The notes: generated by a model from the letters alone, not told the origin. A stretch of 61,112 nt of DNA, filler included, from Hausera hauseri (GCA_046269625.1; 10 parts of 10 records of this genome joined end to end with filler, not necessarily neighbours in it); one strand, 5' to 3'; counted from the whole stretch's first letter, positions 47,777-61,093 are shown. Numbers and translations are program-made.

Positions 47777-49198
47777 TTGTCGTGCCCGCCTCGCCGAGGC
47801 GGAGATTCCGACCGCCAACCTTGCGCCGGTCGGTCGGGGGCGCCTTTGACGTCCTCCCCAAGCCAGGCTCCCAGGCTCACTACCCCTCCCATTTCCTTTT
47901 TCTTTTTTTATAATAACACCCACATATATACCGCCCACACAACACACCCACATATTCCCACACTTCAGACCCGCATTTCGTCTTTCCTTGGGTCTTTAGA
48001 CTTCTTCCTTACTCACCACGGTGCTATCATTCATCTTAACGAAACTTTGTCTTTTCCAAATCGAGCTTGCTTCAGCATACATCTTCGTATCCGTGGCGGA
48101 ATGAATTCCCCACCGACTATCGACACCATGGATACAGCTACCACAAAAAAGCCAATACCCATTCTCTACTACACCAGACCAAATCACCCACCTATTTTAA
48201 CCTACGCAATCTCTTCCAACAAAAACCCAGTTCATACTTCTACACATTGCACTGACTACTTCATCGATAACGAAAAGTCCACTAAAACGTAACTTCACTT
48301 CTACCAATTCTGGCTCCAGTCTAATGAAATCACCGACTCCTTATCTAAAGCCCATAGCTTACTCTATCTGCTCCCAAATTCCATAAAAGCCTCAATACAC
48401 AACTTGCTAGAGATCTCTCAGCACCCTAATCCCTATACCCAACTATTCGACGCTGTATTGAAACAGACCGACCCTTCCACTGACTCCATAATTCAGCGTT
48501 TCTTTAACGAAAATGCATTGGGCACGCAAAAACCCAGGGACTTCTAACGCACTTCACTAGCACACTTGCGTACCCTTGGCGTCACTAGGGAACATAACCC
48601 GGATCTTCTACGCCATTATTTTATGAACGTCCTACCTATCCAAATCCGGACCCTTCTTACCGTGGTGGGAGACTCCACGCAGCTTGAAAAATTGGTTGAA
48701 TTGGCCGATATGACATACGATGTCCTCCACATAAATTCGCAGCCCATAGTTTCAGCAGCAGTTGCTGCTAATGACATGCAAACAACTAACACGCCCATAG
48801 AACAGCAGCTAAATCAGTTACGTGCTAAAAATATTGCATTACAGGCAACTATCAACAATATAAATAATAAATTAAGTGAATTGTCTTTGTCCCGACGAGG
48901 GGGTTTTGCCGCTGACCGTACCCGTTCTCCTTCACGAAACCGCTAACCATCGCCTGGGCGTTCGTCGTTCTGCTACTCACATAGCCGATTCAACACAAAT
49001 GCTCAGAAATGCTGCCTAGGTTGCCAATTTTACAACAGTTAATTTTCCTTTAATAACGTTATCTGCATTTACCATGCAAGATTCAAAAATCAAGCACGTA
49101 AATGTATTCCCGGCTGCACCTTCAAATCCAATACGAACGACAGACGTACTTCCTTTACTTCAAACAGTCGTCCCACTTCTCCTTTTCCAAAAAACTAA
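47777..49198 (+). pseudogene. gag: Ubiquitin-like domain-Gag fusion frame (in-frame stops)
   Basis: One reading frame: Ubl 47891-48100 ending SIHLRIRGG, then MNSPP..., capsid-like region and two Zn knuckles. Four internal stop codons, no frameshift. Confidence 0.75.
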
Positions 49199-51381
49199 CT
49201 TCGCTGCCAGAATCACGATAATCTCTGGCGAAGGCACTTTTTCACACTCTAAAGGCCGACATGTATCTTTCGCAGTCATCACGCTAAAAGCCGCAATTAC
49301 TGCCCCTACAACTCAATCTCTTGACTTCCTTATTGGTACAGGGGCAGCCATTTCTCTATTACCGCAAACCTTTCCTACACAAAACTCTGCTTTCAAAATC
49401 AAGCCTTTATATACTGCTTTAGGCCAGCCGTTGCACATCTCGGGCACGGCTACACTGTCTTTTACGCTACCAAATTTCTCTACATCTTTCCTCTGGACGT
49501 TCACAGTCGCTAACGTCCATTCGGCAATCCTTGGATCTGACTTCCTCTCGCACTACAATCTACTGGTTGACTGCAGCCAGCGATGTTTGAGGAAAGGCAC
49601 TGTTGGGGACATTTTTGGATATGTAAATACCGTTTCGACTGCCGTGCAGTCGACCGTGAGGAGGAAGTCAATCCTAAAAAAGTCTGCGAATAATTCGATT
49701 TTTTATAACAATAATTCGAATTTTCATAATTATAATTCAATTCAGAAATTCCTAAACAATAACACCGATATACGATCGAGATTTGATGTTGATAAGTCTG
49801 GTACTGCCACCAACGCTAACTTATTCAACAAAAATGCCTCAGCCAACATCATTTTCAACTCAACCATCTTGCACCAAATTTCACTTGACTGAATATCATG
49901 TAACAACTCACACATTGCATCCGCCACCACTCAAATCGTTCCACCACTTTCACCGAAACTCTCACAGCTACCTACAACGTTACAGCAATTCATCAACAAA
50001 TCATGCCCATGAGTACTTAAAAAAGACCGTACTTTTACTCCCGTAAACTGCACCTTACACCACACAGTCACACAGCACCAAAGGCCAATACGCCAAAATG
50101 TACGGTGTCTGTCACCTCGCCGTAGACAAGCCGTAAAAGCCGAATTTCTCTAGCTCGAACGTTCCGGCATCGTACGCAGTTCCAAATCTCCTTGGTCATC
50201 ACCGTTACGCGTCGTACAAAAAGGACGGTAGCTTTAGACCATGCGTACCTTTAGAATGCGTATCCTTTACCACTTACCAAGAATATCCTGCATCGTCTTA
50301 ACTCCACCAACATCTATTCGACCATTGATTTAGCCAAAGCCTAACACCAAATACCGGTAGCACCTGAAGACGTTGAAAAAACCGCAGTAACTACTCCATT
50401 TGGCCTCTACAAATATTTATTCATGCCATTCGGTTTGCAGAATGCCGCACAAACTTTCCAGTGGCACATAGACTCAATCATTTCCTATTTCTTGTTTGCA
50501 AACCCTTATGTCGACGACATTTTCGTCGTTTCATCTTCGGCCAAACAACACGAAGACCACCTTCGCGCAATATTTCAACGCCTTTGTTATCATAATCTAC
50601 AAATTAATTTTGACAAATGCCAATTTTTCAAATAACGCATTAACTTTTTAGGCTACGTTATTACACCAGACGGCCATTCTCCCCAATAAGATCACGTCGA
50701 AGCTCTCAAAAACATCCATTTATTACGTACGACCACCGAAATGCGTAGCTTTCTTGGCACACTCCATTTTGTACATAAATATGTGCCATATTGCTCGGAA
50801 TGAACAGCTCCACTCGCACATCTAAGCGGCGGCAAAAAACATCAGCCAATTCAGTGGACATCTGAACTGGTTGACAAATTCGACAGGCTACGCGAAGGCA
50901 TCAAAACTCTAGATATTCTTGCTTTTTCCAAGCCTGATGCAGAGCTCATCCTCACCACCGACGCGTCAACCACTGCTGTAGGAGCTGTACTCCACTAGAT
51001 CTACAAGGGTGAAAAGCAACCATTTGAATTTTTCCCTCGCAAACTAATCGCACCTAAAACAAGATATTCCACGTTTAACCGAGAACTATTGGCCATCGTT
51101 CTTGCTGTTAAACATTTCTCACACTTACTCGTCGCTCGTCACTTCACTGTACAAACAGACCATAAGCCTTTACTTAACATTATGGATATGAAACACCCTT
51201 CCACACGCCAAGAACGGCAAATATCATACTTTTCGACATTTAATTTTGATATTAAACATATTAATGGCGTTAACAATTTGGTTGCTGATTTTTTATCTAG
51301 GTCAGTTAGTTCTATTAATTTTTCTCCGATTTTTACGCAAGAACAACTCCAACAGAACCAGCCACCTCCAGACATGCTTAA

Positions 51382-51481
51382 NNNNNNNNNNNNNNNNNNN
51401 NNNNNNNNNNNNNNNNNNNNNNNNNTTAATTAATTAANNNNNNNNNNNNNNNNNNNNNNNNNNNNNNNNNNNNNNNNNNNN
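51382..51481. other. Artificial contig spacer
   Basis: N44-TTAATTAATTAA-N44. Confidence 0.99.
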
Positions 51482-52644
51482 AACCGACTCCTGATATTAA
51501 TCAATATCTCGAAGATTGCCCCTCCATTTCATGATTTCGTATCTTTCTCTGCTTTTTGTTTTCTCTCTATTCAAAACCAACAAAACAAATAACGGTCGAG
51601 CGTCATTACAAAATCGACTCAATTATATATATGCTATATTTAAGGTTTATTTACAACACAAACTTTGTTACAGATCATATAAAAAAATATATATCGGCGG
51701 CAATATAACTAATATTTAGAATTATACTCCATAATGTGAAGTATGCATATACCTGTATTTTCTTCATGTATCGTTGACGAGTCATTCATCTGAGTAGCCA
51801 TGATTACTTATGATCAAAGGGTAACTTCAAATTTGTGTAACTGTTAATAGTGGATATCGATTAGAACGTTTTCTTTTCGTTTCACCACAATCTTTTACTG
51901 GCAAAAATTCACTATGTAGGAATATAGCTTATGTATCAGATGTCACCAGCTACCTACCGAGTATTCTCAAACATGATAAGCAATTTACTGGTGACAAAAC
52001 AAATCCTCGTAGCCGGAATATAGTAGATTTCACGTTTGATCTTCGTAAGAATTCACAATGAAATTTCTGTATTCTGCTCAAAGTCATTTTTATAAGTAAT
52101 ATTTGTAAAACCTACCTTTAGGTTTCTTTTCGGAATAAGATTACCAATTAGCTAAGTTTTTTGTGTCAAGTTTTTTGTGTTTTATGTATCTTTACACTCT
52201 GTTTATATATTGCTGGTCATCAGGCCTGTCTAATCTTGCTTTCTATTTTTAAATTTCCAATTTAGAAAAATATGCTTGTGAACTGTCATCTTCAGAATTG
52301 TCATACATCCATTTTTACAATTGATTTTTATTAATGTACTTTTATCATCACTTATCATCAATACTTCAAAGAACTCTATTAGTCACACAGCATTCCTTCA
52401 TGTTACTCAACTGTATCAATTTTAAATCAATTTTAATACTAACTATGCGATTTTAAAACTTTTTTAACATTCTAGCAAAGTCTACCCAACCACGTGGATC
52501 AGGATCTTAACAAACACAATATAAGACAGGTTTCATCAATAATGCACATCAGGAGGGGCTCAACAAGGCACAAAGAAAAGAGAAAACATAAAAAATGTAT
52601 TTCTATAACACATTGTTAAATGTTAAGGATTCAAGTGAATTTGA

Positions 52645-52836
52645 ACACGAATTTGTCAAATAACACAAATTTGTCAAATGTTTCTGTCACAAATCATGTC
52701 TCTAAGGTTGGAATCACTGAACAGTAATAAATCATGTCTCTAAGGTTGGAATCACTAAACACAATCACTGAACACGTTGAATACTTGTATCTAAGGAATC
52801 TCACTGAACACGTTGAATACTTATCTCTAAGGAATG
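52645..52836. repeat. Cluster of short tandem duplications
   Basis: AACAC(G/A)AATTTGTCAAAT x2, AAATCATGTCTCTAAGGTTGGAATCACT x2, CACTGAACACGTTGAATACTT x2. Confidence 0.75.
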
Positions 52837-53099
52837 TCAATAAGGAGGCAGAACACCAAAAGCAACACAAGCTGCAGCAATCGATATCAGAATGAGGAAT
52901 GTGTGAGGAATGAAGAGAGTTGGACGTATTTTGGAATTCTTAACTGTGCTCATGATAGGGCGTCGAAAAGTTAGTAGAAGAATACGTTTTTTCTTTTATG
53001 TTTATTGTGAACTGCATAGTTGTCTCTTGCTGACCACTCGGGAAATAGCTGAATGTGTAATTGTTTCTCCTTCATAAAACTTTTGGATGGAGAAATTTT

Positions 53100-55964
53100 C
53101 GAGGCGGAAGATCGGGCTCGACTATGGGCCCGATGCGGCGGCAGCGGACGCCCGGCCGTGCTCGACCAAATGGGCGAAAGGGCAGCGGGCGCTATTGGCA
53201 CCACATCACCTCCCGCCCTCGTGGCAAAGGGGGGAAAACAGACGGAAAAAACAAGCGCTAAACCAAAACGTGTATGTGTCAGTTGATCTTAGTGTGGACA
53301 AGACGTTGGGTGCTTTCTACTGATTTTTCCCTGCTATACTTGTTCAATGTGACTCTGCTTGTTTTATCTTTATGCTGCGTGTTTGCTTGTAGGGATTGAA
53401 GTTGGGAAAAAATTGTTAGATTTTGTTTTAAGTGTTGTGTCATGCAAAGGCGAGTCAGAAAAAAGAGAAGAAGAAGGCGAAGTAGGAAGAGAGATTGTAG
53501 GAGATAAATGGTTAAAGGTGTTTAAGAGAGTGCTTGAAGACAAGGGACTAACAAGAGGTGTAGTAGCTAATGAAGGACGAGAGACGAAATTTGAAATAGA
53601 AGTTGGAATTGCATTAGGTGACTGAGTGGAAGTGGAAGATGAAAGAGAGGTAGTGGTAGAGAGGGGTAAAGAGATAGGGGTAGAAGTAGAGAGAGGAGCA
53701 AGTTGCGAAGCGGAGATGAAAGGAGTAAAAGGCGATGTGTGAGGAGAGAGGAAGAAAGCGAGCGCCGAAGATGAGGAAGGTGTGAAAGGAAAAAGAGAGA
53801 AAGGGAAAACTGCAAAGAGGAACAAAACGGAAGAGAGCAAAAAGATCAAGAGATTTGTGAAGTCGAAGTGGTGTTTGGCGGAGGAGGTATTTTAAAAAGA
53901 GAAAGCATGTTGTCACCAGGGGATGAAGGATTTGTGAAAAGGCTTGAAGGTGCAAAATCGGATGTGCAAAAAGAGGCTGAACTGTCAGAAAAAATTGAAG
54001 TAGAAGTCTTGGGAGAAAACGTAGAGAAAAGTGGATTAAGAAATTGAGCAGAGATGGAAGGTGAATTGTTGGATTGCTGCGTGTCGTGCAAAGATGTTTT
54101 GGGAAGAAGCAATTTCGATGGGAGACGTATCGTTAATGAAGAAAGCCGGCTTAGCGTTGTTTATGTGGACTGTTACTTCTTTGTCGTCCTTGCGAATAAT
54201 GATGTTGTGAGAGTGTAAACGAATTACTTTGTAAGGGCCAACATACTGAGGCTGAAAACCACACGGCGTCTGATTCTTTAGCCATACGAACTTGGCAGTA
54301 TATAAATCGTCGGGTATGTAAGGTTTATTTCCGTGTAATAGTCTGCAAAATGAGTCTTTGCTGATCGCAACGAAGTGTCCCTGGGCCACTTGTATGGTTT
54401 GGTCTGTACGAATATTGTCCAGCTTCTGCGGATGAACAATTTGTAGACGTAGATGGTGTGTTCCGCCAGCCAAGCAGAACGTACGGAAGGAGTGTGGGTC
54501 TTGGTCCGAAATGATGTGGCAAGGTGATCCAAACTTGCTGATCCAAGTGTAGATGAAAACGTCTACGTTTGTTTCTGTGTTGGTGCTCCGAAGCGGGACA
54601 GCTTCTGGCAATCGCGAGGAACGGTCCATCATTGTGAGGATGAAGTGATGGTTGTTGTCTAAGGGTAATTGGCCTACAAGGTCAATTTGAACAGATTGAA
54701 AACGAGACGTACACGGAAAATGATATAGTGGTGGCTTTAAGTGCTTAGCAACTTTGTATTTTTGGCATGCCACACTGCCTAACCCATGTCTGCATTTCAA
54801 AGCGCATTGACGGCCATACTACTTGGCATTGTAAGAGTCGAAAAGTGGCCTTGGCACCAAGATGGTGCAGCGAATGGATGTTGTTGAATGCTTCTTTTTG
54901 AAGCGATTAATAAAGGATGACTTTAGGATTATTAGGTTTGGAGGTGTCAAAGGCCACACCTTTGATGGTTTTGCAAGATTTAAAAGATTTAAGTATGTCA
55001 GGAGGTGGCTGTTTTTGTTGAAGTTTGAATTAAAATTAAATTGGTGTAAAATTAATCGAGCTGACAAATCGGGACAAAAAGTCAGCTACTAAATTGTGGA
55101 CTCTGTTTAGGTGCTTTATTTCAAAATTAAATGTGGACAAATACGATATTTGCCTCTCATGACGTGGAGAAGGCGATTTCATAGTGAGAATTTGAAGCAA
55201 GGGCTTGTGGTTCGTTTGTATTGTAAAGGTTCGTGCGGTTAGCAGATGCTTAAAGTGTTTTACGGCAAGGACCATTGCAAGCAACTCTGTCAAAGGTGGA
55301 TTATCTTTGCTCTTGTGCCATGAATTTTTGAGAAAAGAATTCTAATGGCTCATGGGATCCATATTTGACTTGATGGAGGACAGCACCTTCAGCTGTTGTG
55401 GATGCATCTGTGATTAAGAAGAGTTCTGCATGGCAGTCGGGATAGGCAAGGATTTCCACGGTTTTTAGATTATTTTTGAGGTAATCAAAATCGTTCAGTA
55501 GCTTGGCGGTCCACTGAATAGACTGCTTTTTCTTGCCAGAGCTTAGTGATGCAAATGGAGCGGTTAGACTGGAGCAGTGTGGAATATACTTATGAATACA
55601 GTGCAAGGTTCCGAGGAAGGAGCGCATCTCTGTTGATGTACGTGGTAGCTGTATGTTTTTGAGCTGTGTAATGCGCTCTGGCTAAAGTGAATGTCCGGAG
55701 GAGCTAATAACATGTCCTAGGAAGATGACTTTATGTTAAAAAAGAGCATTTGGAGAAATTAATTTGCAAGTTGTTTTGGTGCAAGTGCTAAACGATTAAA
55801 CGTAAGTGCTCGAAGTGTTGTTTCGAGGAAGATTATGCAAGTAGGATATCATCAATATAGAAATAATCAAAGTCTAAACCTGAGAGAACTGCATCAATAT
55901 GCCTTTAAAAGATCTGGGAAGCGCTATGGAGTCCAAAAGGCATGAAAAGGTATCCGAAAAGGCC
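53100..55964 (-). mobile_element. Second decayed copy of Gypsy family A (RT-RNaseH-IN-tail-PPT-partial LTR)
   Basis: Co-linear and highly similar to 7420-10500 in reverse orientation; LTR starts at 53205. Confidence 0.93.
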
Positions 55965-56064
55965 NNNNNNNNNNNNNNNNNNNNNNNNNNNNNNNNNNNN
56001 NNNNNNNNTTAATTAATTAANNNNNNNNNNNNNNNNNNNNNNNNNNNNNNNNNNNNNNNNNNNN
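55965..56064. other. Artificial contig spacer
   Basis: N44-TTAATTAATTAA-N44. Confidence 0.99.
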
Positions 56065-56114
56065 ACTGCAGCTCCTGATGACGACCACAACAACGCGAAT
56101 TTGATGTTTGTCGC

Positions 56115-56504
56115 TTTCCCTTTTTTTGAAAAGTTAAACTCTACTGCTAATCTGTGGATTTAAACAAAAATTGGTTTAAATCCAGACTTTTGTTATTTAT
56201 ATTTTGGGCGAATTCGTGATTTGATTATTTTTTCTACTTATTTTTTGTTTGTAAAGCAAAGCTTTACAATACTCCCCCGTTCTTTTGAAGTGTCACGCTA
56301 ATTTTGTTGGAAGATTTTTGGTCGATATTTATTGCAACGTGTGGAAAATAATGTCAGTGCAAAAATTAATACTTAAATTATTCTAACTATGGAGTTTAAA
56401 CCTGTCGTATTCACCAAATTGTGTACCGAATACCCTCGACCAATAGAGGTAGACTAAACTGCCACATTTTCGTTTTGGCAAAGTAAATAAATCCACTGCT
56501 GTAT
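56115..56504 (+). repeat. Direct repeat copy 1 (about 390 bp)
   Basis: Highly similar to 60700-61093. Confidence 0.9.
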
Positions 56505-58559
56505 CTTTAATTATTATTTGATACAATTGCAAACCCTTTTGACTAACTTTAGATAAAAATGAGGGTCAAATTTAAGCTTATTTTACGTAATACATTAAAC
56601 TTAACTCAGCTTCAACCACTACAAAATAGAATTTGAAATAAGTTTAGCATTTTTGTAATATTTATAATTAGCCTGGTCTAAAGATCAAAGGAGTTATCGT
56701 TTTGTATATAATCAGAAGCAATTGTAAATCAAATAGTTAAAATAAATTCTCATCATCACGCTATGAAGTAATATTATACATGTCTTACTGCACTTTGATT
56801 TTATAATTCACGACAACGGTATATCACTTAAGTGTTCATATATTTACACGTGATTGGAATGAGTTACAGGATGGATTTGTTTAAATAATCCCATTTAATC
56901 ATTCGGAACCTTCGTATTTGAAAATTTGATATTTTGAAATTTTTTTGATATTTTTATATATTTTCGTATTTGATATTTTTTGTTCCATAAATTTTCCATA
57001 TTTTTGTAGCTCATACATTTTTAATCAAAGAATATTTATTTTTACTCAATGCATAATACTAATGGCTCAAAATTATGGCTCCATGAATACCAATGAATTC
57101 AGTAGAAAAATGCAATTTAATATTAATTACGTTTATTCAGAGAAAACATCAAATTTGATGAACCGAGTTCGAGATAATATTTGAACCTTCGTAAAATTAG
57201 TATAATTAATTTGGTCATGGAATCATTTTTACATTTTTAAAGATGATTATATTTAAATTCAATATTTTTTACTTTCATTAGAGAGTAATTTGTTTACTGC
57301 TGAATCATTTTTGTCTTTCTAGTTTAAAATAATTCGTTTTCTGCATGGAAATTTCATTCAACTTCCCGTTTGATAGTAATATATAATTTGTTCGTGAATT
57401 TTCCCGATTTCAGGGGATTTGGGACGGAATCAGCCGAATTTGGCGACAGTTGGTCAACAATGTGATATTCTGACATTGGATGTTATGGAGATTGAATTGG
57501 AATGGCCAACCCAGTTTGCTATTGTTGATGATGAACACAGAGAGGCGGACATCAATCATTCAATAATGACATCATCTGTCGGCATTAAAATATGAAGAAT
57601 TTTGAATTTTTGTAGCCATCACAATAAATTTTATTGTTTTATTTTAATGATTTCTTTAATGGAAAATATTTTTAAATATTTTGTTTTATATTACAATAGC
57701 TACATGGTTTGGAAAATAAGTTGTGGGATTTGGGATTTTTTGAGATAAACCATAAAGTATTCAAATCGAGATGAAACGTTTCGCATGCTCGATAGATTTT
57801 TCGTGTCAAAAGCTGACAGCGAAATGAGACCACAAAGGGGTTGTGCAGAATACAACTTCGTAATGGGACAACTGTTGTGGAATAATTTGCTAACCGTATC
57901 AAGTCGAAACCGAGAATCGTTAGATTGCTTGGCGAGCTTTTTATTCTTCATAGTAGACGGCATTTTGAACTCTTGATTTTCTGTTGATCATTTCAAATTT
58001 CAAGCTTATTTTTGATATTCTTATAAAAGAGAACCAAGTTTGGGTGGTCCAATCGGATCATTGTGGGTGCAGTTACCACCAAACTTGTGAATGTCAGCAG
58101 GATAGCTCGCTATTTGGATGATAGCGCAATTAGTTTGGTTTTAAAGTGGTGTGGTTGGGTGATCCGTGGCTATTCTTTTGAAAAGAAATCCACATTTGTG
58201 TGAACCAAATAGTTCATTGTAGGTGCAGTTTCAACTTTCTTATGGATATTTGCGAGGTGCCCTGTCGTGGTCAGGCGTTCCGACGTGGTTTTGGAATGAT
58301 GTGTTTAATACGCGTTTCAGTCACTGTGCCTTCAGGATAATAAAATTGAAGTGCATTTCGACGTAATTGTTACATAATAGCACATTTAATGTGTTTGCTG
58401 TAAAATGTATTGACGTAGTTGGTTGTATGAATGTGTTAGTCAGTGTGGTGACTATAGCGTTGATGGCTGATATCTGTAGCTCTGTTTTCTGCCATGTGAG
58501 ACTGATTGGATTCCGATCAGTCAGCTGGGGATCGTCCGGTCCGAACTAATATTTTGGAG

Positions 58560-59875
58560 ACTGGTAGTGTTTACAGCCTGGTCGACATGTTTTGGAATTC
58601 TATCCAAAATAATCGTGGTAGATGCATATGTCATGCATTTTGTTGTGTGCTTGAAAGTGAGGGGATTAACGTCGAGGTGACAGTTTGTCTCTGGCTGACG
58701 GCTTCTTTTAAACTACAAGTGCCTGCATGGCAGCAATAATTGTGTCCAGCCGATTTTGCTGGGTAGCTGTGACGGAGTTTGTTTTCCGTTAGTACGGATT
58801 CTACGGTGCCTTTAGTGTACTCATATTTTGTCGGCTTTTGGTACCATATGGTCCAATGTGATACCGGGCGGTTATAGTACAAGTGCCGCTTAGATTTGGT
58901 TTGGCAAACTACTGAAGAAGTAGCGCCGTAATATGTGCTGGTTGTTCTGAAAGTTCAACTCAGCATTGCTCAAGTCTGAGCGTAACTTTTGGAGCACAGC
59001 AGGAGGTTTCATATTCCCTGTTTGTCGCTTGTTGAAGACCAGGTTGAATTGGTCTTGTTGGGATGGCCGATATGCTTTGCATATAGCTGCTTTGATTTTG
59101 TCAAACGGTTTTACATCTGACAGTAACGTGTCCAGATCCGTTAATGCTGCGAGCGTTGTTGGCTGCATGTATTATATCAAGGTTAAGGCCTTGTTTAGTT
59201 TTCCGGTAATGCCGTAATAAGTAGCCCATGTTCCAAACACATGGAATCATTTCAGTGGCATTACGTCCGAACCTATGAAAATTTCGGAGGTTTGGCCGGT
59301 GCTGCTGGAGCAGTTTTGGTTTTTGTCGGGCGTAATTGTGTCACGCCTCCTTTCATTTTACGTGTTCCGAACAGTGTCGCATTGCGCGTGGAAAAATAAT
59401 CCGAAATGAGATTATTCCATGGCCGCAAGATGCTTGCTCTATGTGAGAAAGAGTGGTCTGGGTAGGAGCTGGCGAATTGTTGTAGTATTGCCTTCATGGA
59501 CGTATTAGACGAGAAATAATGTGCTCTCGTGTTGTGTAGACCACGCACAAGAAACTGGATTTTTTGCGGTAATGTTGCTTTATCGCATTTGTGTGCCGAG
59601 TTAGTGTTATCATCGTGTACATTAGTGCCAAAATATTTTGACACTTGTTCAGAATTACTCGTTGTGATTTTCTGATTGCAGTTGATTTTTCTGATACAAC
59701 TATCGGTGGGTGTGACGTGATTACATTTGGTTATGTACGCATGTGTGACCGGATTAATTTTGACGATATTCGTGTGAGCCGGATTGCTATTAACGGCTGT
59801 GTTTAATGTGGAAACAGGATGAATATCCATGGTTCTGTCCACAAGAAACGTAGGTGCGGTATTCGCTACCACCAT
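58560..59875 (-). pseudogene. gag: Ubiquitin-like domain-Gag fusion of a divergent Gypsy element (no pol visible)
   Basis: ORF 59273..59875 contains Ubl 59345-59560 ending TRKMKGG. After a 1-nt shift it reads PPKF..LK*FHVFGTW...GIT, KPFDKIK, LRRYFFSSLP and knuckle CIYHDYFG..SKTCRPGC. Confidence 0.75.
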
Positions 59876-60699
59876 TTTAGGAGTTTTATATTAAGCAAAA
59901 GCCTTGTATATATTGCACAATACAAGTACTAAAATGCGGTCGATAAAACAACTGGTTAAAACGCGGGAAACAACAACTACAGATTAGAAGGTTTATTTTA
60001 ATAAATATAGGTTGACGGAGTGATCTCAATGTCGTGTGTAGGTGAAGTTGGACTCGATACAATGTAAGAAGTTTGCGGAGATGTCCTCGACGCCACGTTG
60101 TATTTGGTTGAAGTTGTTTCGTCTGTTTTGAGACAACATTTCCGTGAATCTTCATTTCGGTTGTCGTTGTCATCGTCACGGCTGCTGCTGTCGCTGTTTG
60201 GTTGTTTCATTCTTGCGTCGCGTGTAGTCATTAGCAGAAAACTATATAAATATGATAAGAATATTAAAGAAATTGATCAGGAAATTATCTGCCTTCATGT
60301 CGGCATCCATTCGATTGAATTTGTATTTGATATCTGATAGTAACTGTGAGAATTACTGTTGACAATTGAACAGGTTTGTCCATCATGTGAAAACGATCAG
60401 ATGTTGATGACGGTATGACTGACAGAAAACGTGTGCTGATGAGCTGTTGTCAGATGTGAGGAGACCACGTGACGTAGTCGAGCATGTGGACAAGTTCCAT
60501 AACGAATTTATGAATGATGGGCTCGTCGTAATTTCAGTAATTGCCATCGTCAATGATCAGTATCGCTGGATCATCGAATAGATCGGCCAACGTCGGTAGA
60601 TCGTCCATTCTATTTGTTATCGGTAATGATGACGATGTTGCAGCGGTGTCTGCGGCTGACGACAATGATGTCAACGATGCGAATGTGGTAAAGTTGTGG

Positions 60700-61093
60700 A
60701 TTTCCCCCCTTTTGAAAAGTTCAACTTTTTTGCTTATCTGTGGATTTAAACAAATGGGTTTAAATCCAGACTTTTGTTACTTATATTTTTGGGCGAATTC
60801 GTGATTTGTTTATTTTTGTACTTATTGTTTTTTGTTTGTAAAGCAAAGCTTTAAAAAACTCCCCCGTTCTTTTGAAGTGGCACGCTAATTTTGTTGGAAG
60901 ATTTTTGGTCGATATTTATTGCAACGTATGGAAAATAATGTCAAAGTGCAAAAATTAATACTTAAATTATTGTAACTATGGAGTTTAAACCTGTCGTATT
61001 GACCAAGTTGCGTACTGAATACCCTCGACCAATAGAGGTAGACTAAACTGCCAAATTTTCGTTTTGGCAAAGTAAATAAATCCACTGCTGTAT
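60700..61093 (+). repeat. Direct repeat copy 2
   Basis: Highly similar to 56115-56504. Confidence 0.9.

Larger units (their letters stand above)
47480..51381 (+). mobile_element. Gypsy family B (CsRN1/Kabuki-like): 5' LTR part, Ubl-Gag, PR, RT, RNaseH
   Basis: Begins TGTGGTGCCC like the LTRs at 10395 and 53205. Gag has two C.YH.RF...A.KC..GC knuckles; LDFLIGTGA (PR), YVDD (RT), TDHKPL (RNase H). Confidence 0.92.

Noticed and set aside
47766-47785. TGGCACCCC as PBS of the family B element
   Set aside because: The match is short and not preceded by a CA LTR end.
52645-52836. CRISPR-like repeat-spacer array
   Set aside because: Each unit occurs only twice with irregular spacing, in a eukaryotic context with no cas genes.
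57672-57963. Histone-fold (DRAP1/NC2-alpha-like) small protein
   Set aside because: Only a vague resemblance that needs a frameshift; not supportable without a profile search.
60430-60510. Hammerhead ribozyme at CTGATGAG (also CTGATGA at about 56075 and 29104)
   Set aside because: No properly placed stem II plus GAAA or cleavage-site helix could be built by eye.
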